DNA of 62,849 nucleotides, counting the filler, from Asterionella formosa (taxonomy: Eukaryota): assembly GCA_002256025.1 (NCBI GenBank). It is 14 parts of 14 records of this genome, joined end to end, with 100 filler letters (N's around TTAATTAATTAA, not from the genome) between each part and the next. Parts side by side here need not be neighbours in the genome. Positions count along the whole stretch, not along the records: positions 22,614 to 45,092 come from NKIB01002714.1; 13 more parts are not named here. The stretch is one strand, 5' to 3'. Of the stretch, positions 22,661 to 34,370 are shown in pieces (within the stretch, counting starts at the first letter, position 1; every line of letters begins with the position of its first letter). The translations under genes and the position numbers were made by a program. The notes beneath the pieces were generated by a model. The model searched no databases. It was given only the letters and a program-made list of their open reading frames with translations, and was not told the origin of the DNA.

Positions 22661-23066
22661 AGCAAGGGAATGGCTTTGTGGTTTAGCATGGTGCACATTG
22701 CCTTTGATCTGGTGAGGTTGCTTGTGACAAGGTTCGATTCCCGCAATTTTTTTGAGAAGCAATTGTTGGGTTCGACTCCCACACTCCCTTACCGTCCTGC
22801 TGCATGGTCTTGTCTGCTGGCTGGTGTGCAAAAAATTAGTGGGTTGCCCCCCTACAAGCAGCTTGTGTCGCCTTCCTAGTAGGCGGTCAGAGATTTCCCC
22901 AACAATCACCTTTCGCAAAAGGCGATTTTGTTGGGGACTCAGCACCAATGCTAACAAGACTAGCTAGGGAAGCACAGCAGGTCTTGTCAGCAGGTACTAG
23001 CACAATGAAATACTTGCCTTGAAAGAGGGTAGTGCGAATGGGCTATAAAACATACTAACTTTTTAT
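22661..23066 (+). mobile_element. tRNA-derived SINE-like element with 13-bp TSD
   Basis: A box TGGCTTTGTGG (22671), B boxes GGTTCGATTCCC (22731) and GGGTTCGACTCCC (22768), acceptor-stem pairing AGGGAAT/ACTCCCT; flanked by GAGGGTGAGAGAA at 22648-22660 and 23067-23079. Confidence 0.75.
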
Positions 23067-23928
23067 GAGGGTGAGAGAAGAGGAAAAAGAAAAAGGAGGA
23101 GGAGAATAACAAGCAAGTGAAGAGAAATACACTTACCTGGCTGTATAATATTGAGAGAAAAGGAGGAGCTTGGTATTTCTCCTGCTACCATTATAAATTT
23201 CGCAGTTAGAACATGCACACAAAAAAAAGAATCATGGAACAAACTCAGCAGCTCACATTTTACCTATGTTTGAAAAACACAAACTCAAAAGCTGTAGTGA
23301 GCAAGCAGATGCATGAGGCTACTAGGAGTATGAAGAGACCAAGGCAGGCATTGGAATGCATCAAAGCAAGCAACCAGTGTGGATCTTTTTAATGAGAGGA
23401 ATAGAGATACATTGATGAGACGAAAGTGTCAATGCTGGGAAGGGAAAATGACAGTGTGTACGCTTGGTTTCAATTATGGTAATTTATTTAGATGCTAATA
23501 ATTTAATGAGCCATTGAAAGTGTACCCTCACGTCTATTTATATGTAATCAATATGCATTTTTTCGATCCTCATGTAGAAAGATGATATGTTTGCTACATA
23601 ATCCGTCCTAAAACTTAGCTGCTCAGCATCTGCAAATCGACGGAACACAACTATTTTCAACCAAAGGGTGCCAGAATTTACTATTAATAAGCAATAATAA
23701 CGAGTTGCACACACTAGAATACCAGGTAGTACTGATATTGCAAGTTGCCAATTGATTCATCTTACGTACTCCAGTATCATTCATCACCACATTTAAGAAC
23801 ATGATAGCTGTTTGTCTTGTTTCAATGTTTTATAATTTGAGTATTAGCCCCCCGACGACAAGTGACACATTTTTGTGTGTATTTGACATTATTTTCCCCT
23901 AACACCTACCTACCTCCAATCTGATTAC

Positions 23929-25113
23929 CTAACTATCCAGCACTCGTTGGTAGGTCAAAAACTTGTTTCTCACCACTTCTCTGACATCCGGAACATTTTG
24001 CAATTCTCTGCAAAATGTTTCAAGCTTCAACAATTCCGTATCCTTCCGATCATCGAACCACGATTCAATGGGAATGCCATTGTCCACCTGGTATCCAAAT
24101 GCATGTGGTGAGTTGTCCACCAAAACAGCCTTCGACAAGTCCCGGCCTAGGACAGTAAGGTCCTTCAAAAAGTTTCCCTCCACAGCAAGACATGACTCTC
24201 GAAACATGCGGTGCTGAATAAACTTGCCGGCTGTCGTAGAATAAAAAAGTGAGACCCAGTGGAAACAACTGGCCATGGCGTGCAATGCAACAAAGAATCA
24301 CTTACTCGGATCAATGCGGTCCAACAATTCGTCCGCGTAAACTCTTTGCGATGCGGTAAAAACAACAACTTCAAACTTGTCATGGATCGATTCCAGAAAT
24401 TCAAATAGGTACGGTCGCAGCCGGACATGCACTTGGTAGGAAATGCCGTGAAAGACCACTGGGAAGGTCAAGTCCGCGTCAGTACACGACTCGACAGTGC
24501 AATGCACCAGTGTTTCATCCAGGTCCAGAACCAGGGTGACCGGTGGCGCGTTGGGGTCCTTGGGCGGAAGGGCAATGCCAGGGCGCATGTGTTTCACAGC
24601 TGCGTAGCGTGGAAGCGACTTGATAAAGAGGTACGGGTTAAAGTCATCTTCGTCATCGGAGCTGGGGTCTTCCTCCAGCTCTGCCTCCTCCTCACACGAC
24701 AGCGTTGATTTGGTCACGACCACGGCTCCCGTGTCTTCCTGCGCCGCCGGCGAAGGGTCCAAATAGGGCTCAGCGGCTGCCTTGTCCTCCATGGCCACGT
24801 CTTCATCCGTAACGACGTGCTCCTCCGCAGTGCCTCCATGACTAAACATGTGCAGCACCGGACTAAAGAGGGCGTCCACCTTGCGCCCCACCCAGCTGGT
24901 CGTTTCTTCCTCTGCGTTCTCCACTGGCTTGGGGGGATGCATGGGAGACATTTGCTCCACGCGTTCCGGCTTTGTTGTGCATGGCGTGGAAGGCACGGAT
25001 TTAGGTTCGATGCTCTGGCGAGGGCGCTTGATCGATGTAATGGGTGTGTTCGGAGCGGCGTAGTTGTTGCGCAAGGGCGTCGGCGGTGGGGAGCTGGCAT
25101 TGGGAGAACTCAT
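23929..25113 (-). CDS. CTDSPL2: CTD small phosphatase-like 2 (SCP4/NIF-family HAD phosphatase), 369 aa; exons 25113-24306, 24230-23929
   Basis: FNPYLFIK, TLVLDLDETLVH (DxDxT), RLRPYL, VFTASQRVYAD, KDLTVLGRDL, VDNSP, NGIPIESW; 75-nt GT-AG intron restores the frame (DP-T-GK). Confidence 0.92.
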
Positions 25114-26102
25114 TGTGCTGACAGGTTTTGTTTCAGTTCGGCTTTTCGCTTAATCTCTGAATTATTCTGCTTTTCGAAAACTCGTTCGATTGCGCTTCGA
25201 AGTCTTATTGCTCTTTGTGAGCCCGAGCGGTGGTCTCGTTAGTGTCACCGTCCTGCACTGCTGTGGGAATCAAATGACAAAGGGAAAGAAAATCAATCCA
25301 AAGAACCACTACTACTTATCAAAGAAACAAAACAATCGATCACACCAAAGCTGATGCGAATAGTTTTTTATTACCAAAATATTTGTATGTAGTGCAGAAT
25401 ATTTCTTTTCTTTATCCCATGTACTCATCTACTTACTACCTGGGGTGTATGTACAACTTCGAGCAAGCAAGCAACGCAACAGCTTTGGTAATTGTACACT
25501 GCTACTCATTCTACGTGAGTGTTCGCTGTGTATTGTGCTATGAAGATGAGTATAAACGGTTTTTCACCATGCGCGGAACCTTGCGCAGAGGTGCGTAGAA
25601 TGTATGTTGGGACTTGCATTTTCTCACTTATCCTCTCTACGTGCGGTACCAGGGTACCATACGACTGGTAACATCATTGTTGGTCCTGGCCGAAATCCTT
25701 GCTTCGCCATTATGTGCGAGGAGGAGGAGGTGGTGTAGAAGAAACTGTCAAAAACCTATTCATACAACTAAATATATTCGTTTTTGAATATATTATATCC
25801 GGACCGCAGTGGCACCAAAACAAGGATGACAGGTCAGTTACAAGACTAAGAGTACCTGGTAAGCTACCAGGACCAGAGTTACACATACACAAGACACAAG
25901 CACTGGTACAATAATTGTGAATAACGGGTACATAGATATATAATGACATGTATGTACATGTCGTTATGCATACTGGTGCCCTGGTACCTGGTACTTGGTA
26001 CCAGGTAGCCATTCTCAACAAGCTACTCCTGCTACAGTACATACCTTACGATATTTATGATGTAGAAAAACGAAACCACCAGGAACCAGGCAGTGCTGCA
26101 AC

Positions 26103-26148
26103 ATATATATATATATAAAATATATATATATATATATATATATTTATA
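26103..26148. repeat. (TA)n microsatellite
   Basis: Long interrupted ATAT run. Confidence 0.9.
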
Positions 26149-27510
26149 TGTGGTGCGTTGTTATTCATGGTGTGAAGACTTTTGTGATCGGGGATGGACG
26201 ACGAGGAAACAAACAAAATACCAGGCACCTGTGCGTTGCTACCAGGTCCTACGGTACTGTACTAGTACCACATAGACTCACACGGTATGTAGAACTCTGG
26301 TAGTTTGTACAAGGTGCGTGCGTGCGTACCAGGTACTATACCAGGTTAGTACGGTAAGTAGTACCGGTACCCTAGTACATTGTTGTACTCCTCCCTACAT
26401 ACTGCACATGCAACCTGTTGAGGTGCGTGCTTCAAATTAGTTGCAACCAAGGGGTAAAAGGGTATTAATTTTGGTGGTAAACAGAATTCAAACTTCTTTG
26501 CATTGTTTATTGCTAAATTAATTTCGTTTTGTTGCTGCAATCAAGAGCAAGGAATTGAGGGGTCAATCGAAAATGATTTCTTTCATCTGTCAGCCAATCT
26601 TGGCCACATTTTAGACTTAAACTAATACATATATGGCAAGCTTAAGTCTGAAACAATGTGGCCAACAAGATTGGCTGAAAGATGAAGAAAAGGAAAATCG
26701 CAAAGTAACAATAATTAATTTTTTCGGAGTTTTAATGCTGGTATGTTTCGATGTAGACATGTCATGTAGAAGTTGTTTCATCATGATGAAGCTAAACAAA
26801 ACAGAATCTCATACTATTTACAAAGGATTGTCACAATGATGAGCTTGATTCAAGAAATAATGTCTACTGCTAACAACTGGGATGTTTTGTTCCGCTTTTC
26901 CACAGTGCTGTTGACCTCGAAGTACACTAACATTGCTGTGCCATCATGAGTGTTACCATTTTACAGAAATAAATCGAAAAGCAGCTAGTGGAAACAACAA
27001 TCAACAGGTTGATGCAAGCAAGCGCCATCTTCATCCAACAAGTGACAAGTGTTGAAATGGAAATGTAACCCACCCAAGCATCAAATTCTATCACAAGCGC
27101 CACAACAGGAATGAAAGACATCGACAAAATCAAGAACAAGAGAACTATTTTCAGTACACACAAGTGACAACAAGCGCCCAAAACAAGCAACAAGCACAAC
27201 AAGCAACAACAAACAAACATGCAAGCACAGAAGTGACAATGATACCGGAAAAAAATCTCACTGCCAAGAACCAACACAAGGCATAATGATAGTTACATCT
27301 ACGATTTCATTAAGAAATACATTGTTAGCATAATAATATTGAGTCAGAGTATTCAACCACACACTACTTACAAGTAAAATGTAAATGTATGTCTCTAAAC
27401 GGAGCTTTCACCAATTCACACCCTTTCCATATGCTAAGATACAGTTATTGATCAATGTAGGGGTATAGGTCAACTCTATATAACAACATTATTATTATAG
27501 GATCTGGCGA

Positions 27511-27622
27511 GAAACTGCAGAAAGGATCTTTATTTTGTAAACTATGCTGTAAGACTAGAAATTTCGGGTGAAATCACTTTATTTGGCATAGTTAAATGAC
27601 TGAAGTTCCTTTCTGCAGTTTC
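27511..27622. repeat. 20-bp inverted repeat with about 72-nt spacer (small MITE-like)
   Basis: gaaactgcagaaaggatctt / aagttcctttctgcagtttc. Confidence 0.6.
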
Positions 27623-29362
27623 GTGCTACAAGTTATATTAAGCTATTTGACAAAATAATTCATATATAAACCAAATTGTGTCGTCCCATGCTACTTCCTG
27701 TGTCTACTATCAGCGCTAGTAATGGCGGCAATAAGGCAATATAAAGCGTCATGGGAAAATGTTCTATTGTTGAGTAAAGCAACAAAATAAAGACAGCATG
27801 GGTGGTGGATGTGATTACTACCTACTACATGCCAATCAAGGCGCAAAATATTATATACCTTAGGTTTAGGGTTTATGCTAATACCAGGCCTACAGAGGTC
27901 TACCCAGTGGCCCCAAAAATTGCATGCAGCCATGCTAGCTATGTGTTGTATACAATGTTACGGTAGCCTACCTGTATATATTATGACGAAATGGAGGACC
28001 GGTAATACTGTAGGTTGTCCACGCTTGTGTGCCGGTACTTCGACTCAATTACCGACTTGTTCGACTACCTTTTCTTGCTAATAATTCTCTCGCTTCTCCT
28101 CGATGGTTAATCTTGGGACGCTTGCGATTTTGGTTTTACATGGTATGATTCACTTCCACCTCCGGGTCTCCGTAGGTGCAGTCGAGTTTGCACTTTAGCC
28201 GTGGGTGGGACGTAGGAAGGAGGGTGAATTTTATCTATTGACAATAAATTTTTGCACAGCTTGGATTCAACGATGTTGCTTTTTGCTGAAAGTTGATTCG
28301 AAGAGTTGTGAGCTTTCTGTCTCCTTTAATTCCGCCTTGAAACCCTTACATGTTGGTGTTCATGGGCTGATTGACTCTTCCATGATTTTCTCTTGCGTGG
28401 TTTACTGTCATTCACTAGCCATCAAACCTTATCTTCATTTTTGGCTAGACAGAATTAGCTCCCGTCATGGCTAACTTGGCCTCCACCTCAAATTTCGCTT
28501 GCTCCTAGTTGGTTTGTTGTTCCCTTGGTTTCAATGCACACTCCTTGCACATCCCCCTGTTTCCCTCGTCTAAAGCACTAAATATTATGCAGTAGGTCAT
28601 ATGCATAGTAAGATTCCCTCCAAACAGATGGTTGCCTGCACGTGATACCCGGTACACCATCATGATATACCTGCTTCCCGGCAATTAATATGTAGAGCTT
28701 ACTACCAATATGCATGGACTGCCCAGCAAGTTGTGGTCACTTCCCTGAAACTGACAGCATGTCGCCGGAAAGGTGCTTAATTCTTCTTAAGTAAAGAACA
28801 TCTTCAATTCATTGAAGGATAAAGCGAAATAAATACATAGATTCTTCCAGTGGTGTCAAAAACGAGAGAACAGCCACCTATGACTATGACTTTGTTCAGG
28901 AAATTCCTAAAGGTGCAAATCTCAGGAAATTGCTATAAATTCCAAAGTGATCAAAACAAGCTATTCTAGTGCATGAGGATACCTGGTACCCTGGTTGTAT
29001 CACACAGCTTGCAGCATAGTATAGGTCTGCCTACCATGCATAGCACTAGACTTTGCCAATCTACGCAACCCCTACTTTGAGTTATTGACTTGCCTGTACC
29101 ATAAATATGTAGACCTACTGTTAATTGGTGATTCAAGTCTATCTATCTTGCTTGTCAACCCCACAATCGACCACAAGAGAAATCTCTAGAGGCAGAGATA
29201 AAAATGATTGTATCTCACCTCCCTTGTATCATCCTATTCCAATACACATAACCACAGAGCCAACCCCTTATTGGCCCATGGATTCTCTTCATGTCACTTG
29301 CTTACAGATGAATTCGTGGCACTAGCTCAGGATGCTAATCCTTTCCAATATACGAGTCACCA

Positions 29363-29545
29363 GTCTCACCAGACGATTCATCATCACGACGTTGTTGTGA
29401 AAACATAATGTTTATAGGAGACCCTCCCCTGCAATGATCATCATCTTACCTTGTCTCACCAGATGATTCACCATCACGACGTTCTTGTGAAAACATAATG
29501 TTCATAGGAGACCCTCCCCTGTAATGATCATCATCATTACCTTGT
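29363..29545. repeat. Tandem duplication, 90-bp period, overlapping the 3' end of the ankyrin gene
   Basis: gtctcaccaga.gattca.catcacgacgtt.ttgtgaaaacataatgtt.ataggagaccctcccctg.aatgatcatcatc.ttaccttg x2. Confidence 0.9.
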
Positions 29546-31168
29546 ATCATATTGTAAAATTGCCTCTTTTTAGCTATTTTTCCATTTTGTAAAGCCATAT
29601 AGTGCTTAGCCTTGAATGGGATAGCGCCATCTTCCAATAAACAGGCCAAATCCAAGGGAGTGTACCCGTCATCATCTCGACACATCAACACGTCAGGATC
29701 TGCCTTGACCAACAGCGTAATCACTTTGATTTTAAGTTGTGGATCGCATTCTACCTTATCAATTTCCGTCTTATGATACTTGCAGCTTAAGTGTAGTGGT
29801 GTCATACCCCGATTGTCCTCCATCGCGGTTGCGGCACCAAACCTTTTTAATAGCAAGCAAATGACACGAATTTCACTTTGTGCCCTACAGGCAAAATGAA
29901 GTGGGTAATGAGCATCACAATCATACAGCTGGGCGGTCTCCTCGTTGCAGAGTAGTTGCACAATTTCAAAGGGAGCATTGTATCGGATTGCCAGATGCAA
30001 AGGACAGCAACCAAGGTTGGTCGTCATGGTGAGTGCTGCTGGGTATGTTTGTACCAAAACACTCACCACGGATACTTGCTTATGATTTGAACCAACACTG
30101 TCATGGAGGGGCAACCATCCTTCCTCGTCAGCTATGGAAACTAGTTCTGGTGATAGTTTGAGCATCAACATGATAATGTCCACATTAGTACCCAAGCGGA
30201 TTGCCTTGTGTAAGGCTGTTCCTTCATCGTCCTGGAGGGCCTCGAGTACAGGAAAAGCCCCATTATTGTCTTTGATTTTCAACAATGTCTTGATAACTGA
30301 TTTAGACGACTTGTGTTCCAGGCAAAGTAGAAATAGTTCCGAAAGGAAACGCACTCGATCTTTGCTGACTTGCTGTAGTAAGTATCTTTGCACCTTGCTC
30401 TCCTTTTGGTGAATAATAGCCAGCTGAACGGGAAGATGGCCTTGGTAATCTCCAATATCAAGCGCGGCGGGGTACTGTTTCACCAAGTATTGTACAGTTT
30501 CCAAGCGCGCACCGTGAACACATGCAGCATGGAGAGGCAATCGCTGATACGACTCTGCAGTAACTTCAATAGCATTGGGAAACGCTTGGTGACAAAGGCG
30601 AATAACACTAACAGACGGTCGCAAACATGCCAATTTGTACAATGGATACGCGACTTTGTCGTTTAATCCGAAAAATGGATGTTTGACGCATACTACCTTT
30701 TTGGCATGAACATGCAAGAGACCCCTTACTGCATCGTCATCGTAGTAGTTCGATTCATTCATCAGAGATGGATTCAAATTAAGCATTTTCTGCAGCATTC
30801 GACATGCCGTGGTGTCTGAATCAACCTGTGGTATCAATCAGGAAAAATGTATTTATTATACAGCAATAGAATGGGATCGTTAAATAGTAGAGGAAAATTG
30901 GAAATGGTGTCAGAGAGACACACGCCGGTCAAGTAAGCAAAGCCAACAAGCGCCTACGCCATGATGGTTTAAGTACAACTGCATAACTCACCGTCTTGAT
31001 AGTCCCACTGTCCTGATCATCGCGTTTGTCAGCTGCTTGTATGTTCTTCCTGCCGGAGGTTGCAAAATGGACACCGAGTGCAGGACTCTTTGAGTCATTA
31101 GGAGTAGTATGAACATTGTCAAACGACTTTTCGTTGCCTAGAGAGCATTTGTCCATCGCTTTCTCCAT
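29446..31168 (-). CDS. Diatom-type ankyrin-repeat protein; exons 31168-30992, 30825-29446
   Basis: Repeated LPLHxAC...YPxAL ankyrin units; GT-AG intron 30991-30826 joins the two ORFs in phase 0. Confidence 0.8.
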
Positions 31169-31857
31169 GATAGACAAGTTCGTTTCGCTCTGACTGCGTT
31201 ATTTTATATGCCTGCATTACCGCCGGAAGTCACGATGGCTTGCGCATTATTGCCGTATTATTAATATTTTGTTGGAGGCGATTTGTTCATATTTTGTTGG
31301 ACCTTTCTGTTGTGTCGGCGATTCTTGTGTATTAGTAATATTGTGTGAACAGGATAAAATCTACTACGTAATATATGTTATAATATTATTGTTACCGTTG
31401 CATTTTGTGTGCGACCGACAAATAATCCATGAATGATAAAATAGTTCTCCGTATTACGTATTTATATTGTATATTTGTGGAATAGATATCTTTTACATTC
31501 ATACACATAGACGAATGGGTTGCGAAGGGGACGATGGGATGTTGAATCGAAACTCGAATAGGTTCAGAACATTGAACAATGCTCGCCAACGTTTAAAAAG
31601 ACGGTTTGTAGATCGAATACCTTGCTTGGGTGTAAACAGAATGTAATTTATTTGTGCACCATATATATCGCGGATTAAAATGTCAAGGTCCATGCAAATG
31701 AACAGGAGGATATAAAAGGTCGAAACTACGTACGTGAATCGAATTTTCTGGTATATCCAATGATTTGAAACGTTCGTCAATGAGTTCCATCATCGATGCG
31801 ATTTACCGGTACTTAAGCCCCGACCATAACATGTCCCTTCTGGTGATGGGCGACAAG

Positions 31858-32245
31858 CCCAAATTGCCATTTGTCATGTCTACCAGGTGCTCCAGTATTT
31901 TGGCGAATTACAACCCAACGGTACCTATAACGACAAGCCCACATGCATGAGACCATGTACTAGTAACAATCACTCTTGCTCCCTTGAAGGCATCATAAAA
32001 CTGAATGGACTTTTTATAGACAATGCATATATTGTGTGAGCAATTGGAAAAAGGCCAAATTGCCGTTTGTCATGTCTACTAGGTGCTCCAGTATTTTGGC
32101 GAATTACAACCCAATGCTGCCTATGTAACAACAAGCCCACATGCTTGAGACAATGTACTAGTAACAATCATTCTTGCTCCGTTGAAGGCAACATAAAAAT
32201 GAATGGACGTTTTACAGACAATGCGTACATTGTGTGAGCAATTTG
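31858..32245. repeat. Diverged tandem duplication, about 197-bp period
   Basis: ccaaattgcc.tttgtcatgtctac.aggtgctccagtattttggcgaattacaacccaa...attgtgtgagcaatt x2. Confidence 0.9.
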
Positions 32246-32424
32246 AAGATCTTCTATAAATAGTACTTTCTTGTTGTCATGGTGCTAGTAGCACTAGTAC
32301 TAGTACTATTATTATAGCTCGTCTTTTTGTATCTATTGTCGATTCCCACTCCATGTAGCTAGTAGCAGAAACCATATTTGTGGTGATAGTATGGTTAACC
32401 CTCTGCCATTTATAAAGTCTATTC

Positions 32425-33489
32425 TTAGCAGTTATCATCATGATAGACCCAATCCTTTTGATACTGTCCTGGTTTGTTTTGACTATGACGTGAATTGTCC
32501 ATGGGCAATGATTTGGTCGATGCGCTTGATAAGATACTCAATATGGACAAGGCAATACTTTGAGCTGTCATGGTGGGTTTCCAATCCTTGCCCAACAAAG
32601 ACAAACAAATATCCCCATTGGTGTACACATGTTCATGAAGAGGTGGTGGTGGTAGAAAGTACACAGATGGTGGTACTGTGGGATATCCAGGAGGGAACAT
32701 GACACGCAATTTGTATGTTTCTCCTTCATAGACAGTGTTAACAGCCCCCACCATGGTAATGATCCATATTCGAATGTTCGACCCAACCTTGACAGAAAGA
32801 TTGGCAGGTGGGTCGCGAAGGAATTCTTTAAGTTCACGTTGAATGCGATAATTGGGATTGTTGGATTGAAGTTTGGAGGATAAATGTGCCAAAGTTGGGT
32901 TTTTGGATTCTAAAACTTGTTTTTGTTGTCGTGGTTGTTTCTTGGACGACTTTTTTGTGGATGACTTTGCTTTCCTTTTGACAACTGTTTCTGTTTCCAC
33001 TGCATCTTCTGTTGTCGTCGTTTTGTTTCTCTTTTTCTTGTTCTTGTTACCATCATCATGATTTTTCTTCCTCTTTTGTTTTGGCAACAGTAATGTAACA
33101 CCTGTCAATTGTTCGATTGAAGTAAAAAAGCTATATAGAATATTGTACAAGGCAGGTGACACTTTCTTGGTACGTTTCAACATGGATTGAATCATCTTGG
33201 TAATAGCGTTGTTGTTGGTGGTGGTGGTGCTGCTGTTTTTGTTGTTGTTTTTGGCAACTTTAGCACCACCTCGAGGAATCGACAAGCATGTAGTCATACT
33301 GGAGGAGGAGGCGGATAATGATACGGAGCGATGAGAATGAAAATGAGAATGGACCAAAGGACTATATCGACTCGCAATAATACTACTTCTCGAACCAAGA
33401 GTATTGGTAGCTGCTACCACCACCACCACCACCAGTAGCAGCAGCTGTTGCAGTACAAGGAGGATTCGAATGTTGCGTTGTTGTCTCAT
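32425..33489 (-). CDS. UBE2W-like ubiquitin-conjugating enzyme with bipartite presequence; probable periplastid SELMA E2 (sUbc)
   Basis: NYRIQREL, YPTVPPSVYF, HEHVYTNGDICLS (active Cys), C-terminal WVYHDDNC typical of UBE2W and the apicoplast E2; hydrophobic signal peptide, Ser/Arg-rich transit-like stretch with PRGG. Confidence 0.88.
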   Translation of the reverse strand: MRQQRNIRILLVLQQLLLLVVVVVVAATNTLGSRSSIIASRYSPLVHSHFHSHRSVSLSASSSSMTTCLSIPRGGAKVAKNNNKNSSTTTTNNNAITKMIQSMLKRTKKVSPALYNILYSFFTSIEQLTGVTLLLPKQKRKKNHDDGNKNKKKRNKTTTTEDAVETETVVKRKAKSSTKKSSKKQPRQQKQVLESKNPTLAHLSSKLQSNNPNYRIQRELKEFLRDPPANLSVKVGSNIRIWIITMVGAVNTVYEGETYKLRVMFPPGYPTVPPSVYFLPPPPLHEHVYTNGDICLSLLGKDWKPTMTAQSIALSILSILSSASTKSLPMDNSRHSQNKPGQYQKDWVYHDDNC

Positions 33490-34370
33490 GGTGACGGAGT
33501 CATTTATTGTCCTTCAACAATGATTGAGAAACCAAAAGGATTGAAACGATCGGCCAAGGCGGAGGAAAATAAATTAAATAAAACATCACCACCACGTGGA
33601 GATGATTTGCGACTGGGCGGCGTCCGATCATCAGGCACGCACGTTGTACAACAAGCTACGACGTATACTGGAACATGTGATACTGAATGATGTTGCTAGC
33701 AAGCAGCACCCGAAAATAGCAAGGGAATACCAGTACAATCGATGTACGGTACTAAAAAGGTATGTGGTATGAATGAGGATAACCGGTATACCAGTTTTCT
33801 CCTACGCACAAAGGCGTGCATGAACCTCTTAGCACCCCTTCAATGACTGACTAAATACTGTATTGCTACATGCCAGCAAAATACATTCATGTAATGTGCA
33901 AATCCTAAAAAGTTTCCTTGGCGCATTCATCAGAATCACAGCACAACATTATATGAATTCATACTGGTAAAAGGGTTACCATCAGTTTCACCATAATCTA
34001 TTATTAAACCAGATCCCTTTAGAACTGTAGATGAACTACCTTTTATTGTTGTTTTGCTGATAAATAATGGTACACAATTTAAATGAGATTGGTGCAACAT
34101 ATAAAATTTATACATAATGAAGGATACAGTATACCTTTTGCTCAATATTCCTTAGCCTAAAACACCAAGCCAGTTGTTTGAATGATGCATGAATTGAACT
34201 AATTCTTATAGTATCAATACAGTGTCAAACTGTTCCAGTGCACTGCCATACTCAGTCTTGCTCTTTTTTGTGTACTGTAAATTATTACAATATATATATA
34301 TGTATAATATATAAAAAGTTTCAATATATGTTATCTAGTCACTTGCCGCAACAGGCGACTAGGCATGGCG

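Noticed and set aside
22665..22790. Functional tRNA gene
   Set aside because: No clean anticodon arm, an extra B box, an internal T7 run and a flanking TSD; better explained as a SINE head.
22795..23050. HDV-like ribozyme in the SINE body (GCATGGTC...GCTGGC...GCGAATGGG)
   Set aside because: P1, P2 and P3 pairings could not be built convincingly by eye; needs a covariance or descriptor search.
27890..28760. Element bounded by degenerate inverted ends (agtggcccc..gcagccatgc / gcatggactgc..tggtcact)
   Set aside because: Similarity is too weak and no TSD was identified.
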